Positions 1 through 10,511 of a DNA stretch of 39,324 bases are shown piece after piece (position 1 is the first letter of the stretch; every line of letters begins with the position of its first letter). The stretch is from Sphingomicrobium sp. (lineage in GTDB: Bacteria; Pseudomonadota; Alphaproteobacteria; Sphingomonadales; Sphingomonadaceae), in contig DATEIK010000132.1 in NCBI GenBank assembly GCA_035279065.1, forward strand, positions 1-39,324. The letters are read 5' to 3'. A program made the position numbers and the translations under genes. The notes under the pieces were generated by a model. It was given only the letters and a program-made list of their open reading frames with translations. It was not told the DNA's origin and did not search any database.

Positions 1-1340
<1,340 letters not shown>

Positions 1341-1349
1341 AACCGGCCC

Positions 1350-1814
1350 ATGGCGACGGCGGTGAAAATCCTGGACGAAGCGGCAGTCCTGGCCGCGCTC
1401 GCCGACATTCCCGATCCCGAAATCCCGGTCTTGACGATCGGCGATCTCGGCATCGTTCGCGGTTTCGTCGCCGATCCGCCGCGCGTCCGGATCAGCCCGA
1501 CCTACACCGGCTGCCCGGCGACGGTCGCGATCGAGCATTCGATCCGCGAGGCGCTCGACAAGGCTGGTTTCGAAGAGGTGCACATCGAGCGGGTGCTGTT
1601 CCCGCCATGGACCACCGACTGGATTACTGCGCGCGGCCGCGAGAGGCTTCACAAATACGGCATTGCACCGCCGAGCCCGTCGGCGACCGCGCAATGTCCG
1701 CAATGCGGCTCAAGCGACACGGAAGAGGTCAGCCGCTTCGGCGCCACGCCGTGCAAGGCGCAGTGGCGCTGCAAGTCCTGCCTCGAGCCGTTCGAGCGGT
1801 TCAAGTGCCATTAG
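1350..1814 (+). CDS. paaD: Phenylacetyl-CoA epoxidase maturation subunit PaaD
   Basis: DPEIPVLTIGDLG, PTYTGCPA, PPWTTDWIT, GIAPP, CPQCGS...FGATPCKAQWRCKSCLEPFERFKCH are typical PaaD motifs. Confidence 0.9.
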   Translation: MATAVKILDEAAVLAALADIPDPEIPVLTIGDLGIVRGFVADPPRVRISPTYTGCPATVAIEHSIREALDKAGFEEVHIERVLFPPWTTDWITARGRERLHKYGIAPPSPSATAQCPQCGSSDTEEVSRFGATPCKAQWRCKSCLEPFERFKCH

Positions 1815-1895
1815 TACTCCGGCGAAGGCCGGGGCCCAGGAGCGCTCACAAGCGCTGCTGACGCATCGCCCTGGACCCGGCCTTCGCCGGGGCAC
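1814..1895. repeat. REP-like inverted doublet between convergent genes
   Basis: GTACTCCGGCGAAGGCCGGGGCCCA (1814-1838) and inverted TGGACCCGGCCTTCGCCGGGGCAC (1872-1895); each arm is itself a hairpin. Confidence 0.8.
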
Positions 1896-1900
1896 AGGGT

Positions 1901-3052
1901 TCACCACTCCGCGAAAGCGCCATCCTCGGTCCGGAAGATCGGGTTGCGCCAGCGGTGCCGGTCCTTGTCAGCCTCGCGCACCGCCGCCTCGTCGATGTCG
2001 ACGCCGAGCCCCGGCCCTTCGGGCACGGGCAGGTAGCCATCGACCGGGGTCAGAGCCGCCTTGTTGGTGCAGAAATTCAAGAGATCGTGACCGCCGGTGT
2101 TGTAGTGGATGCCGAGGCTGATCTCCTGGATCGCATGATTGGGCGTGCAGGCGGCGATCTGCAGGCACGCGCCGAGCGCCAGCGGCCCCAAGGGGCAGTG
2201 CGGCGCGACGGCAATATCATAAGCCTCAGCCATGGCCGCGATCTTGCGGACCTCGAGGATTCCGCCGGCATGGCTGAGATCGGGCTGAATGATGTCGACC
2301 GCGCCAGCCTCGAAAAACGGCTTGAAGTCCCAGCGTGAGAACAGCCGCTCGCCGAGCGCGATCGGGGTCGAGACCAGCTCGGCGATCTGCTTGAGCCCTT
2401 CCGGGTTCTCGCTCAGCAGAGGCTCCTCGATGAACAGCAGCCCGAGCGGTTCCAGCGCCTTGGCCAGCTGCTTGGCCAGCGGCCGATGCACCCGGCCGTG
2501 GAAGTCGAGCCCGACGTCCATGCCCTGCGCCTGCGCGGCCTCGACCCGCTTCACGACATCGTCGAACAGCTTTGGCGTGCCGATCCAGCTCATTTCCGCG
2601 GTCGCGTTCATCTTGACCGCGGTGAAGCCCTGCTTGCGGCGTCCCTCGGCGGCCTCGCCGATCTCGTGCGGCCGGTCGCCGCCGATCCACGCATAGGAAC
2701 GGACCTTGTCGCGCACCTTGCCGCCGAGCATCTGCCAGGCGGGAAGGCCGAGCGCGCGGCCTTTTAGGTCCCACAATGCCTGCTCGAGGCCGGCGAGCGC
2801 GCTCATCATGACCGGCCCGCCGCGATAGAAGCCGCCACGGTAGCCGACCTGCCAGATATCCTCGATGTTGAATGGGTCGGCGCCGATGAACCGGTCGCGG
2901 AACGCCTCGAACGCGCCGTCGACGGCTTCGGCCCATCCTTCGAGGCTGGCTTCGCCCCAGCCGACGGCGCCGTCCTCGCTCTCGACGCGCACGAATAGCC
3001 AGCGCGGCGGCGCGTAGAAGGTCTCGATGCGGCCGATCTTTCGCTCAGTCAT
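1901..3052 (-). CDS. dgoD: Galactonate dehydratase (enolase/mandelate racemase superfamily)
   Basis: PRWLFVRVE, GWGE, GFYRGGPVMMSALAG, DFHGRVH, FIEEP, GERLFSRWDF, APHCPLGP, C-terminal WRNP...EW. Confidence 0.93.
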   Translation of the reverse strand: MTERKIGRIETFYAPPRWLFVRVESEDGAVGWGEASLEGWAEAVDGAFEAFRDRFIGADPFNIEDIWQVGYRGGFYRGGPVMMSALAGLEQALWDLKGRALGLPAWQMLGGKVRDKVRSYAWIGGDRPHEIGEAAEGRRKQGFTAVKMNATAEMSWIGTPKLFDDVVKRVEAAQAQGMDVGLDFHGRVHRPLAKQLAKALEPLGLLFIEEPLLSENPEGLKQIAELVSTPIALGERLFSRWDFKPFFEAGAVDIIQPDLSHAGGILEVRKIAAMAEAYDIAVAPHCPLGPLALGACLQIAACTPNHAIQEISLGIHYNTGGHDLLNFCTNKAALTPVDGYLPVPEGPGLGVDIDEAAVREADKDRHRWRNPIFRTEDGAFAEW

Positions 3053-4332
3053 GGCCGTTCCGCCCGGCCGGCCTGGGTACCGCTGCCGCTCATCCGCCGC
3101 CCGGCCGCGTCGTCGTCATCGTCGGGGTGCTCGCTGATCTTCTTGATCGGCACGATCAGGCAGACGCTCGAGGCCGGAAGCACGTTGCGCCAGTCGGCGA
3201 TCAATTGCTTATAGGCCTTGCCGACGTTGCGGATCTTGCGGTCGAGGTCGAACAGGCCGAGCGGGTTGACGTTGCCGTTCTGCTCGCGAAGCGCGGTGTC
3301 CCAATCGATCTGGTCGGTCAGCGAATACCAGGTGAAGCCGACGGTCGGGATGCCGACGTTCCTGAGGCGCAGGACGTTGGCCCATTCCTTCCACAGCCAT
3401 TTGACCGCTTCGTCGCCGTGCGGACCCTCCCACAAATTGGTCTCCGTGTGCATGACCGGAACGCGGTAGCGGTTGTAATATTGGCGCGTGATCTCGGAAT
3501 AGCCGAAGGTCTCGCCGGCCGCGACCGTGTGGCCGTCGGCGAACACGCGGTGCTCGTTCAGCTGGTAATAGTCGTTGCCGAGGATGCAGTGCTGCTTGAG
3601 CCGATGGTCGAGGAACCACTCATATTCCTCGCGGGTCATGCCGTTATCCATCAGATACTGGTACATGCCGCTGTCGACCCGGCGCCCGTAATTGAGGTCG
3701 AGGCTCAGGAACCGCATCTGATTCAGCACCTCGGCGCGGCCGATCGCCGCGGGGGAATCGGCGTGATAATATTCCGAAGATTCCGATTGAATAAAGATCG
3801 CGTCGTGGCGGCGCTTGAGGATCTCGATCATCCCCATGACGTTGGCCTTCACCAGGTGCTTGAGCGCGGTGATGAAAGTCTGGTCGGTCTTTCCCTGCTC
3901 ATTCCACCATCCGTATTTCGCCGAGAAGACCGCGCAGATGAACATCTCGTTGATCGGGGTGAACAGCTGCACCCAGGGATAGCGGTCGGCGAACGCGCCG
4001 GCATAGTCGGCGAACAGCCGCGGGAAGTCGGGGTTCTGGAAATTGCCGAGCCAGTCGGGCACGCCGAAGTGGCACAGGTCGACGATCGGCGTGATCTCGC
4101 GCCGCTTCAGCTCGGCGAAGGTAAGGTCGGTGAAGTCCCAGTCATACTTCCCCGGGCCCAGATAGGTCTTGTGGATCGGCGGGCCGTAACGGAGGAAATT
4201 GATGCCGATTTCCTGGACGCAGTCGAAGTCCTCGCGCCAGCGCTCATAATGGCCGCAGACCTCCATCTCGTCGACGCGGGTCTTGCCGTGATTGATCGTG
4301 GGGTAGCTGTTCTCGATCCCCGTCGCGAACAT
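3049..4332 (-). CDS. Family-1-like glycoside hydrolase (clan GH-A)
   Basis: FATGIENS, HYERWREDF, DLCHFGVPDW, acid/base motif TPINEM, nucleophile-like MHTETN, GFTWYSLTDQIDWD, PLGLFD. No signal peptide. Stop overlaps the dgoD start. Confidence 0.8.
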   Translation of the reverse strand: MFATGIENSYPTINHGKTRVDEMEVCGHYERWREDFDCVQEIGINFLRYGPPIHKTYLGPGKYDWDFTDLTFAELKRREITPIVDLCHFGVPDWLGNFQNPDFPRLFADYAGAFADRYPWVQLFTPINEMFICAVFSAKYGWWNEQGKTDQTFITALKHLVKANVMGMIEILKRRHDAIFIQSESSEYYHADSPAAIGRAEVLNQMRFLSLDLNYGRRVDSGMYQYLMDNGMTREEYEWFLDHRLKQHCILGNDYYQLNEHRVFADGHTVAAGETFGYSEITRQYYNRYRVPVMHTETNLWEGPHGDEAVKWLWKEWANVLRLRNVGIPTVGFTWYSLTDQIDWDTALREQNGNVNPLGLFDLDRKIRNVGKAYKQLIADWRNVLPASSVCLIVPIKKISEHPDDDDDAAGRRMSGSGTQAGRAERP

Positions 4333-4379
4333 GAAATTGGCGATGACTCAGTCTCCCTAGGGTCCGCGTCGCGTGTTCT

Positions 4380-5255
4380 TCAGCCGTCATAGGGGACGTC
4401 GGCCAGTCCCCTCACCCCTGGAGTCAACATAAACAACCCCCCGGCATTTGGTTGCATTTTGAGTGCGTTCTGGTCGAGGTCGATGCTCGCCGAAGTGATG
4501 TACAGCCGGTCGAGATCGCGGCCGCCGAAAGCGCAGCTGGTCGGGCGCTGAACCGGCATCCTCACGGTCTCGATCCATTGCGCGTCGGGCGAATAGCGGC
4601 GCACGCACCAGCCGTCCCAGAAGGCGATCCACAGGCCGCCTTCGGCATCCACCGTCATGCCGTCGGGATAGCCGTCGCCGGGCCCGAACTGAAGGAAGGT
4701 GCGGCGGTTCGATGCATGTCCCTCGGCGTCCAGATCGAAGGCGTAGGTGACCTGCCGCGCCGAATCATTGTGGTACATGACGTCGCCGGCGGGGCTGAAC
4801 GCCGGGCCGTTGGTGACCTTGTAATCCTTGTCGACCACCGACCACGCGAACTCGGGCCCGACGCAATAGAGAGTCCCCGTCGAATCGCGCTCGGAATCGT
4901 CCATCGTCCCGGCCCAGAAGCGGCCGCGGCGGTCGACCTTGCCGTCGTTGAAGCGGTTGCCGGGGAGCGCTTCTTCCGGATTGGCAACGATCTCGAACCG
5001 GTCCGCGGCCGGATCGACGATGGCGATGCCCTCGTCGGTGCCGGCGATGAAGGCGCCGTTCCTGCGCGGGGCGAGCGAACCGACGCGCATCGGTGTCGGC
5101 CATTGGGCGAAGCTGCCGTCGTCGCCGAGCCGGAAGATTTTGCGGCCCTTGATGTCGAGCCAGTAGAGCGCCGCCTCGCGCGCCACCCAGACCGGCCCTT
5201 CGCCAAGCACGGCGTGGACGTCGGCAACGCATTGCACGGTCGATTCGGCAGTCAT
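4380..5255 (-). CDS. SMP-30/gluconolactonase family sugar lactonase
   Basis: LGEGPVW, RFNDGKVD..GRFWAGTM, NGPAFSP, PDGMTVDAEG, PTSCAFGG. Start placed at ATG 5255 (MTAESTVQC); the longer ORF-track extension runs antisense to dgoK. Confidence 0.88.
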   Translation of the reverse strand: MTAESTVQCVADVHAVLGEGPVWVAREAALYWLDIKGRKIFRLGDDGSFAQWPTPMRVGSLAPRRNGAFIAGTDEGIAIVDPAADRFEIVANPEEALPGNRFNDGKVDRRGRFWAGTMDDSERDSTGTLYCVGPEFAWSVVDKDYKVTNGPAFSPAGDVMYHNDSARQVTYAFDLDAEGHASNRRTFLQFGPGDGYPDGMTVDAEGGLWIAFWDGWCVRRYSPDAQWIETVRMPVQRPTSCAFGGRDLDRLYITSASIDLDQNALKMQPNAGGLFMLTPGVRGLADVPYDG

Positions 5256-5336
5256 TGCGCGCCGGGATAATCGCATCGGGCGAAAAGAAAACCGGACCCG
5301 CCTCGCCTCCCGAAGGTTTTTCGCTATGGGCCAACC

Positions 5337-6221
5337 ATGCGCTGGAAAGACGGATTCATCGCAGTCGACTGGGGCACGACCAACCGTCGTGCCTATGCGA
5401 TCGACGCGTCGGGCCATCCCGGCGACGAGTTCGAGGACGACAAGGGCATCATGGCGGTGCCGGCGGGCGGGTTCCCGGCAGCGGTGCAGGAAATCCGCGA
5501 CCGGCTCGGCGACAAGCCGCTGCTGCTTGCGGGGATGGTCGGCTCCAACCGCGGCTGGGTCGAGGCGCCTTATGTCGTGTGCCCGGCCGCGCTCGACGAC
5601 CTCGCCGGCGCGTTGGCCCGGCCCGGCGAGCGCGAGGCGATCGTCCCCGGCGTCAAGGACGATCGCGACGACCGCGCCGACGTCATGCGCGGCGAGGAGG
5701 TCCAGCTCTTGGGCGCGGTCGCGGCGGGACTGGTCGATGCCGACGCGCTGGTCTGCCATCCCGGCACGCACAACAAGTGGGTCGTCCTGCGGCGCGGCAG
5801 GATCGACATGTTCCGCACGGTGATGACCGGCGAGCTGTTCAGCATCCTGAAGGAGCACAGCATCCTTTCGGACCTCCTCGCTGGCGAGGCGGAGCCGGGG
5901 GAGGCCTTTTGCGCCGGGGTCCGCCTCGGCCTTGCCAACCAGGACCTCCCCGCCGAGCTGTTCTCGGTCCGTGCACGGGTCATTCTCGGCAAGGCCCGCA
6001 AGGAGGACGCCGCGTCGTTCGCGAGCGGCTTGTTGATCGGCACCGACGTCCGCATCGGGCTCTCGTACCCGACCTCGGCGCAGGTCACGGTCATTGGCCG
6101 GCCCGAGCTGACGCGGCTTTATGCCGCCGCGATCCACGAGGCGAACCGGGTCGCGAACGAGATCGACGGGGAACGATGTTTCATCGCCGGAGTCGTGAAG
6201 ATCGCGGAGGCGATGAAGTGA
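5337..6221 (+). CDS. dgoK: 2-dehydro-3-deoxygalactonokinase
   Basis: IAVDWGTTNRRAY, GMVGSNRGWVEAPY, DVMRGEEVQ, PGTHNKW, FRTVMTGELF. Confidence 0.93.
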   Translation: MRWKDGFIAVDWGTTNRRAYAIDASGHPGDEFEDDKGIMAVPAGGFPAAVQEIRDRLGDKPLLLAGMVGSNRGWVEAPYVVCPAALDDLAGALARPGEREAIVPGVKDDRDDRADVMRGEEVQLLGAVAAGLVDADALVCHPGTHNKWVVLRRGRIDMFRTVMTGELFSILKEHSILSDLLAGEAEPGEAFCAGVRLGLANQDLPAELFSVRARVILGKARKEDAASFASGLLIGTDVRIGLSYPTSAQVTVIGRPELTRLYAAAIHEANRVANEIDGERCFIAGVVKIAEAMK

Positions 6222-6847
6222 ATCCCCACGAGACCCTGGCGCATTTCCTTCGGGAATGCCCGCTGATCGCCATCATCCGCGGCGTGACTCCCGGGGATGC
6301 GCAAGCGACCGGCGAGGCCTTGTTCGAAGGCGGCATCCGGATCATCGAGGTGCCGCTGAATTCGCCCGATCCGCTGCGGAGCATCGAGACCATCGCCAAG
6401 GCGTTCGGCGAGCGTGCGCTGGTCGGCGCCGGCACCGTGCTCGATCCGGCCGATGTGCCGCGCGTCAGGGACGCGGGGGGCCGGATCATCGTCTCGCCCG
6501 ACACCAATATCGAGGTCGTCGCGGCGGCGGCGGCGGCCGGCCTGGTGTCGTGCCCCGGCTATTTCACGCCATCCGAAGCCTTCGCTGCGCTTCGCGCCGG
6601 GGCGCACGGCCTCAAGCTATTCCCGGCCGAAGGCGCTAGCCCGTCGGTCCTGAAGGCGCAGAAGGCGGTGTTGCCCAAAGACGTGCCGGTGATGGTCGTG
6701 GGCGGCGTCAAGCCCGACAATATGCGGCCATGGCTCGACGCGGGCGCAGCCGGGTTCGGGCTAGGCTCGGGCCTTTACAAGCCGGGCCAGTCCGCCGCCG
6801 AAACCGCTGAGAAGGCGCGGGCGTACGTCGCCGGCCTCACGGCATGA
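6218..6847 (+). CDS. dgoA: 2-dehydro-3-deoxy-6-phosphogalactonate aldolase
   Basis: PLIAIIRG, IEVPLNSP, GAGTVL, TPSEAF, LKLFPAE, VGGV, GFGLGSGLY. GTG start at 6218 overlaps the dgoK stop. Confidence 0.92.
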   Translation: MNPHETLAHFLRECPLIAIIRGVTPGDAQATGEALFEGGIRIIEVPLNSPDPLRSIETIAKAFGERALVGAGTVLDPADVPRVRDAGGRIIVSPDTNIEVVAAAAAAGLVSCPGYFTPSEAFAALRAGAHGLKLFPAEGASPSVLKAQKAVLPKDVPVMVVGGVKPDNMRPWLDAGAAGFGLGSGLYKPGQSAAETAEKARAYVAGLTA

Positions 6848-7767
6848 AGCCCATCCGGATCGCGATCATCGGCTTCGGCAAGATCGCCGCCGACCAGCAC
6901 GTGCCCGCGATCAATGGCAACGCCCGCTTCCAGCTCGTCGCCAGCTCGAGCCGTTCCGGCAAGGGCGTCGGCCAGGCGTTCGCCGACTGGCGCGAGCTGA
7001 TCCGCGGCGTCGAGGGGCTCGAAGCGGTCGCGATCACCACCCCGCCCGAGCCGCGCTACGACATCGCGCGCGAATGCCTGCTCGCCGGCCTCCACTGCCT
7101 GCTCGAAAAGCCGCCGACCACGGGGACGGCCGAGATCGCCGATCTCGACTGCCTCGCCCAGGCGCAGCAGCGGACCCTGTTCACGACCTGGCATGCGCAG
7201 CATCATGCGACGGTCGATGCGGCAGCGCAGGCGCTTGCGGGCAAGCGCATCAAGTCGATGACCATCGACTGGCACGAGGACGTCAAGAAGTGGCACCCGG
7301 GCCAGCAATGGATCTGGGAGCCGGGCGGGTTCGGCGTGTTCGACCCCGGCATCAACGCCTTTTCGATCGCGACCAAAATCTTTCCCGGCGGGTTGTTCGT
7401 GCGCTCGGCCGACCTGTTGGTTCCTAAGAACGCGCAGACGCCGATCGCGGCCGACATCGCCTTCTCCAGCCCGGAGGCCGACGGCCCGCTGACGGCGAGC
7501 CTCGACTGGCGGCGGAGCGAAGGCGAGGAATGGACCGTCACCGTCGAGACGGAGAACGGCGACACGATCCGGCTCGAAGCCGGGGGCGAAAGGCTCCTCG
7601 TCAACGGCCAGCCGAGCAAGGACGACGGGCCGGGCGAATATCCGGACATCTACCGGACCTTCGTCGACCTGATCGACCAGCGCCGCAGCCTGGTCGACGT
7701 GGCGCCGCTGCGGCTGGTCGCCGACTGCCTGCTGGTCGGCCGTCGAACCGAGGTTGACGCGGTTTAA
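6844..7767 (+). CDS. Gfo/Idh/MocA oxidoreductase, probable D-galactose (L-arabinose) 1-dehydrogenase
   Basis: IIGFGKIAADQH, LLEKPP, WHEDVKKWHPGQQWIWEPGGFGVFDPGINAFS. ATGA-coupled to dgoA. Confidence 0.85.
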   Translation: MKPIRIAIIGFGKIAADQHVPAINGNARFQLVASSSRSGKGVGQAFADWRELIRGVEGLEAVAITTPPEPRYDIARECLLAGLHCLLEKPPTTGTAEIADLDCLAQAQQRTLFTTWHAQHHATVDAAAQALAGKRIKSMTIDWHEDVKKWHPGQQWIWEPGGFGVFDPGINAFSIATKIFPGGLFVRSADLLVPKNAQTPIAADIAFSSPEADGPLTASLDWRRSEGEEWTVTVETENGDTIRLEAGGERLLVNGQPSKDDGPGEYPDIYRTFVDLIDQRRSLVDVAPLRLVADCLLVGRRTEVDAV

Positions 7768-7795
7768 CCCGCGCAATTGACCCAAATCAGCGCTT

Positions 7796-7820
7796 GGAAC
7801 GCGATTCGTCCGCGCGCGTA
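7796..7820 (+). promoter_or_regulatory. Putative EcfG/sigmaT (general stress response) promoter
   Basis: GGAAC-N16-CGTA ending 29 nt upstream of the Crp-family ATG; close to the GGAAC-N16/17-CGTT consensus. Confidence 0.5.
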
Positions 7821-7849
7821 ATGAACAGTGCATCAGCAGCGGAGAGACA

Positions 7850-8605
7850 ATGCCCGACGTCATTGCGGACGAAATCACGCGCATGGACGAGGCCTTCGCC
7901 GGCAACCAGTTGCTGGCGACGTTTCCCCGCGAGGCGCGCGCGCTGATCGAGCCGCACGGCACGATCGTCGAGCTCAGGTCGGACGAGGTGGCGCTGAGCG
8001 CGGGCGACCAGGTGCTATCGACCCTGTTCCCGATGGGGCCGACGATGATCTCCATGGCGGTCGAGCTGTCGGGCGGGCGCACGGTCGAGGTCGCGCTGAT
8101 CGGGTTGCGCGGCGCTGTCGGCGGCATCGTCAGCTGCGGCCAGGCGCCGGCCTTTGCCCGCGCCAAGGTGCTGACCGGCGGGCCGGCGCTGAAGGTGCCG
8201 ATGAAGGCGCTGGAGGAAGCCAAGCAAGCCTCGCCGTTCATCGGAAATTTGTTCTGCCGCTTTTCCGATTATCTGCTGTCGCAGGTGATGCAGTCGGTCG
8301 CGTGCAATTCCTTCCATCCGATCCCCGAGCGCGCGTCGCGCTGGCTGCTCCACGCGCAGGACCGCACCGGCGACCGGATCGAGCTGACGCAGCAGGCGCT
8401 CGCCAACCTGCTCGGAGTTCAGCGCACGACCGTCAACGCCGTCATCCAGTCGCTCGAGCAAAAGGGGTTCATCATTCCCGGCCGCGGCGTGATCCGGGTC
8501 ATCGACCGCGCAGGGCTGATGCGCAGCAGCTGCGAATGCTACCAGCGCCTCGAGGACCATTTCGACGCGGTCATCGGCACGACCGGCACCGGCAACCCGG
8601 GTTAG
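7850..8605 (+). CDS. Crp/Fnr family transcriptional regulator
   Basis: cNMP-binding-like N-domain, QSVACNSFH...[30 protein letters not shown]-terminal SCECY; SD GGAGAG. Confidence 0.87.
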   Translation: MPDVIADEITRMDEAFAGNQLLATFPREARALIEPHGTIVELRSDEVALSAGDQVLSTLFPMGPTMISMAVELSGGRTVEVALIGLRGAVGGIVSCGQAPAFARAKVLTGGPALKVPMKALEEAKQASPFIGNLFCRFSDYLLSQVMQSVACNSFHPIPERASRWLLHAQDRTGDRIELTQQALANLLGVQRTTVNAVIQSLEQKGFIIPGRGVIRVIDRAGLMRSSCECYQRLEDHFDAVIGTTGTGNPG

Positions 8606-9639
8606 TCCACGAACCTCCAGCGCAGTCGCTCGCCGGCGTGGAAGGGGACGACGCCCGCGACCTCCGCCGGCACTTCGACGTCGGTTTTCTCCAGGGTCAC
8701 CGTGCCGTCGTTGAGCGGCAGGCCGTAGAACTTCGGGCCGTGGACCGATGCAAAAGCCTCCAGCCTGTCCAGCGCCCCCTCCTCCTCGAACACTCCGGCA
8801 TAGCTTTCGAGCGCGAAGGGCGCGTTGAAAATGCCCGCGCAGCCGCACGCCGATTCCTTGGCTTCGCGCGCGTGCGGCGCGCTGTCGGTGCCAAGGAAGA
8901 ACTTGGGCGAGCCCGAGGTCGCCGCCTTGCGCACCGCGAGCCGCTGTTCCTCGCGCTTGGCGACCGGCAGGCAGTAGGCATGAGGCCGCAAACCTCCGGC
9001 GAACATCGCATTGCGGTTGATGATCAGGTGCTGCGGCGTGACCGTGGCCGCGACGTTCGGCCCCATCGCCTTGACGAACTCGACCGCCTGGATGGTGGTG
9101 ATGTGCTCGAGCACGATCTTCAGCGCCGGGAACTCGCGCGTGAGCGGCTCGAGGATGCGTTCGATGAACACCGCCTCGCGGTCGAACACGTCGACCGCCG
9201 GGTCGGTGACCTCGCCGTGGACGCACAGCACCATGCCGATCGCCTGCATGCGCTTCAGCACCGGATAGATGTTGCGGATGTCGGTGACGCCGCTGGCGCT
9301 GTTGGTCGTCGCGCCCGCCGGATAAAGCTTGGCGGCGATCCAGGCGCGCATTTCGAAGCCGCGCGCGATCTCGTCCGGACTGGTCTCGTCCGTGAGGTAA
9401 CAGGTCATCAGCGGCTCGAACCTCGGCCCCGCCGCAATGGCGATCCGGTCGCGATAGGCGTTGGCGGCCTCCACGCTCGTGATCGGCGGCGCCAGGTTGG
9501 GCATGATGATCGCCCGCGCGAATTGGCGCGCGGTGTAAGGCGCCACGGCCTTCAGCATTTCGCCGTCGCGCAAGTGGACGTGCCAGTCGTCGGGCCGGCG
9601 GATGGTGATCCGATCAGTCACTTGGTCGCTGTGCTTCAC
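8602..9639 (-). CDS. pyrC: Dihydroorotase (homodimeric type)
   Basis: [61 protein letters not shown]. The true start may be the second GTG (VTDRITI). Confidence 0.95.
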   Translation of the reverse strand: MKHSDQVTDRITIRRPDDWHVHLRDGEMLKAVAPYTARQFARAIIMPNLAPPITSVEAANAYRDRIAIAAGPRFEPLMTCYLTDETSPDEIARGFEMRAWIAAKLYPAGATTNSASGVTDIRNIYPVLKRMQAIGMVLCVHGEVTDPAVDVFDREAVFIERILEPLTREFPALKIVLEHITTIQAVEFVKAMGPNVAATVTPQHLIINRNAMFAGGLRPHAYCLPVAKREEQRLAVRKAATSGSPKFFLGTDSAPHAREAKESACGCAGIFNAPFALESYAGVFEEEGALDRLEAFASVHGPKFYGLPLNDGTVTLEKTDVEVPAEVAGVVPFHAGERLRWRFVD

Positions 9640-9640
9640 T

Positions 9641-9775
9641 ATCCCCCTCCCTGCAAGGGAGGGGCGAGGGGTGGGTGCTGAAGCGGCTCAATGCCGCGGA
9701 AGAAGCTTGCTCATGGGCATCGAGCCCATTCGCTCACACCCACCCTTGTATTCCCTCCCTTGCAGGGAGGGATAG
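9641..9775. repeat. ~135-bp palindromic four-hairpin intergenic element, copy A
   Basis: Terminal CCCTCCC-N5-GGGAGGG hairpins, GGGTGGGT/ACCCACCC arms and two inner hairpins; its reverse complement aligns end to end with 16695-16833. Confidence 0.88.
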
Positions 9776-9794
9776 GAGCACGCATCTGACCTGC

Positions 9795-10511
9795 ATGCCT
9801 GCGACCACCCTGACCGACCGCGCCGTCATCCGCCTGTCCGGCGAGGATGTGCGCGGCTTCGTGCAGGGGCTGGTGACCAATGACGTGGCCGGCGAGCTGC
9901 CGGTCTGGGCCGGGCTACTGACGCCCCAGGGCAAATGCCTGTTCGATTTCCTGGTGTGGCCAGATGACCAGAGCTCCGGCGACGATCTCCTTCTCGATTG
10001 CGAAGCCGAAGCGGCCGACGACCTGATCAAGCGGCTGGCGATCTATCGCCTGCGCCGTCCGATCACGATCGCGCGCGATGAGTCCATCTCCGTGCACTGG
10101 TCGAAGGACGGTGGCGACGATCCGCGCCTGACGGCGCTCGGAAGGCGCTGGCTCGGTCCGGCCGATGAGGCCGCGAACGGCTGGCTCGAGCACCGCCTCG
10201 GCCTCGGCGTTACCGAAGGCCGCGCGGAGCTTGCCGACATCCTCTGGCTCGAATGCAATGCGATCGAGCTGAACGGAGTCAGCTTCGCCAAGGGCTGCTT
10301 CGTGGGCCAGGAGAATACCGCGCGGATGAACTGGCGGCAGAAGGTCAATCGTCGCCTGTTCGTCGTGACGGGCGGGGGCGGCGAACGTGCCCGCGTCGAA
10401 TACCCGGATGTGGGTCTGTCGGTCGTCCAAGCCCGCGTCGACGCCATCCCGGCGAACGCGATCGTCCCCGACTGGCTGAAGGATGCGCTCGCTCAGCCGA
10501 GTACGGCGTAG
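9795..10511 (+). CDS. ygfZ: Folate-binding Fe-S cluster repair protein YgfZ
   Basis: RAVIRLSGED..GFVQGLVTNDV, LLTPQGK, GVSFAKGCFVGQENTAR. Start placed at ATG 9795 because the upstream extension translates the repeat. Confidence 0.9.
   Translation: MPATTLTDRAVIRLSGEDVRGFVQGLVTNDVAGELPVWAGLLTPQGKCLFDFLVWPDDQSSGDDLLLDCEAEAADDLIKRLAIYRLRRPITIARDESISVHWSKDGGDDPRLTALGRRWLGPADEAANGWLEHRLGLGVTEGRAELADILWLECNAIELNGVSFAKGCFVGQENTARMNWRQKVNRRLFVVTGGGGERARVEYPDVGLSVVQARVDAIPANAIVPDWLKDALAQPSTA

Noticed and set aside
1840-1856. GAGCGCTCACAAGCGCT resembles half of a LacI-type operator
   Set aside because: It lies in the spacer of a REP doublet between two convergent stop codons, not near a promoter.
5280-5324. 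Imperfect inverted repeat GCGAAAA...TTTTCGC between the lactonase gene and dgoK
   Set aside because: Only 7 bp with a long spacer and no cognate regulator nearby; may be chance or ordinary promoter A/T tracts.
9641-9775. Repeat considered as a CRISPR repeat, tRNA or riboswitch
   Set aside because: No repeat-spacer periodicity or cas genes, no tRNA D/T-loop motifs, and the second copy lies between convergent 3' ends, which does not fit a riboswitch.
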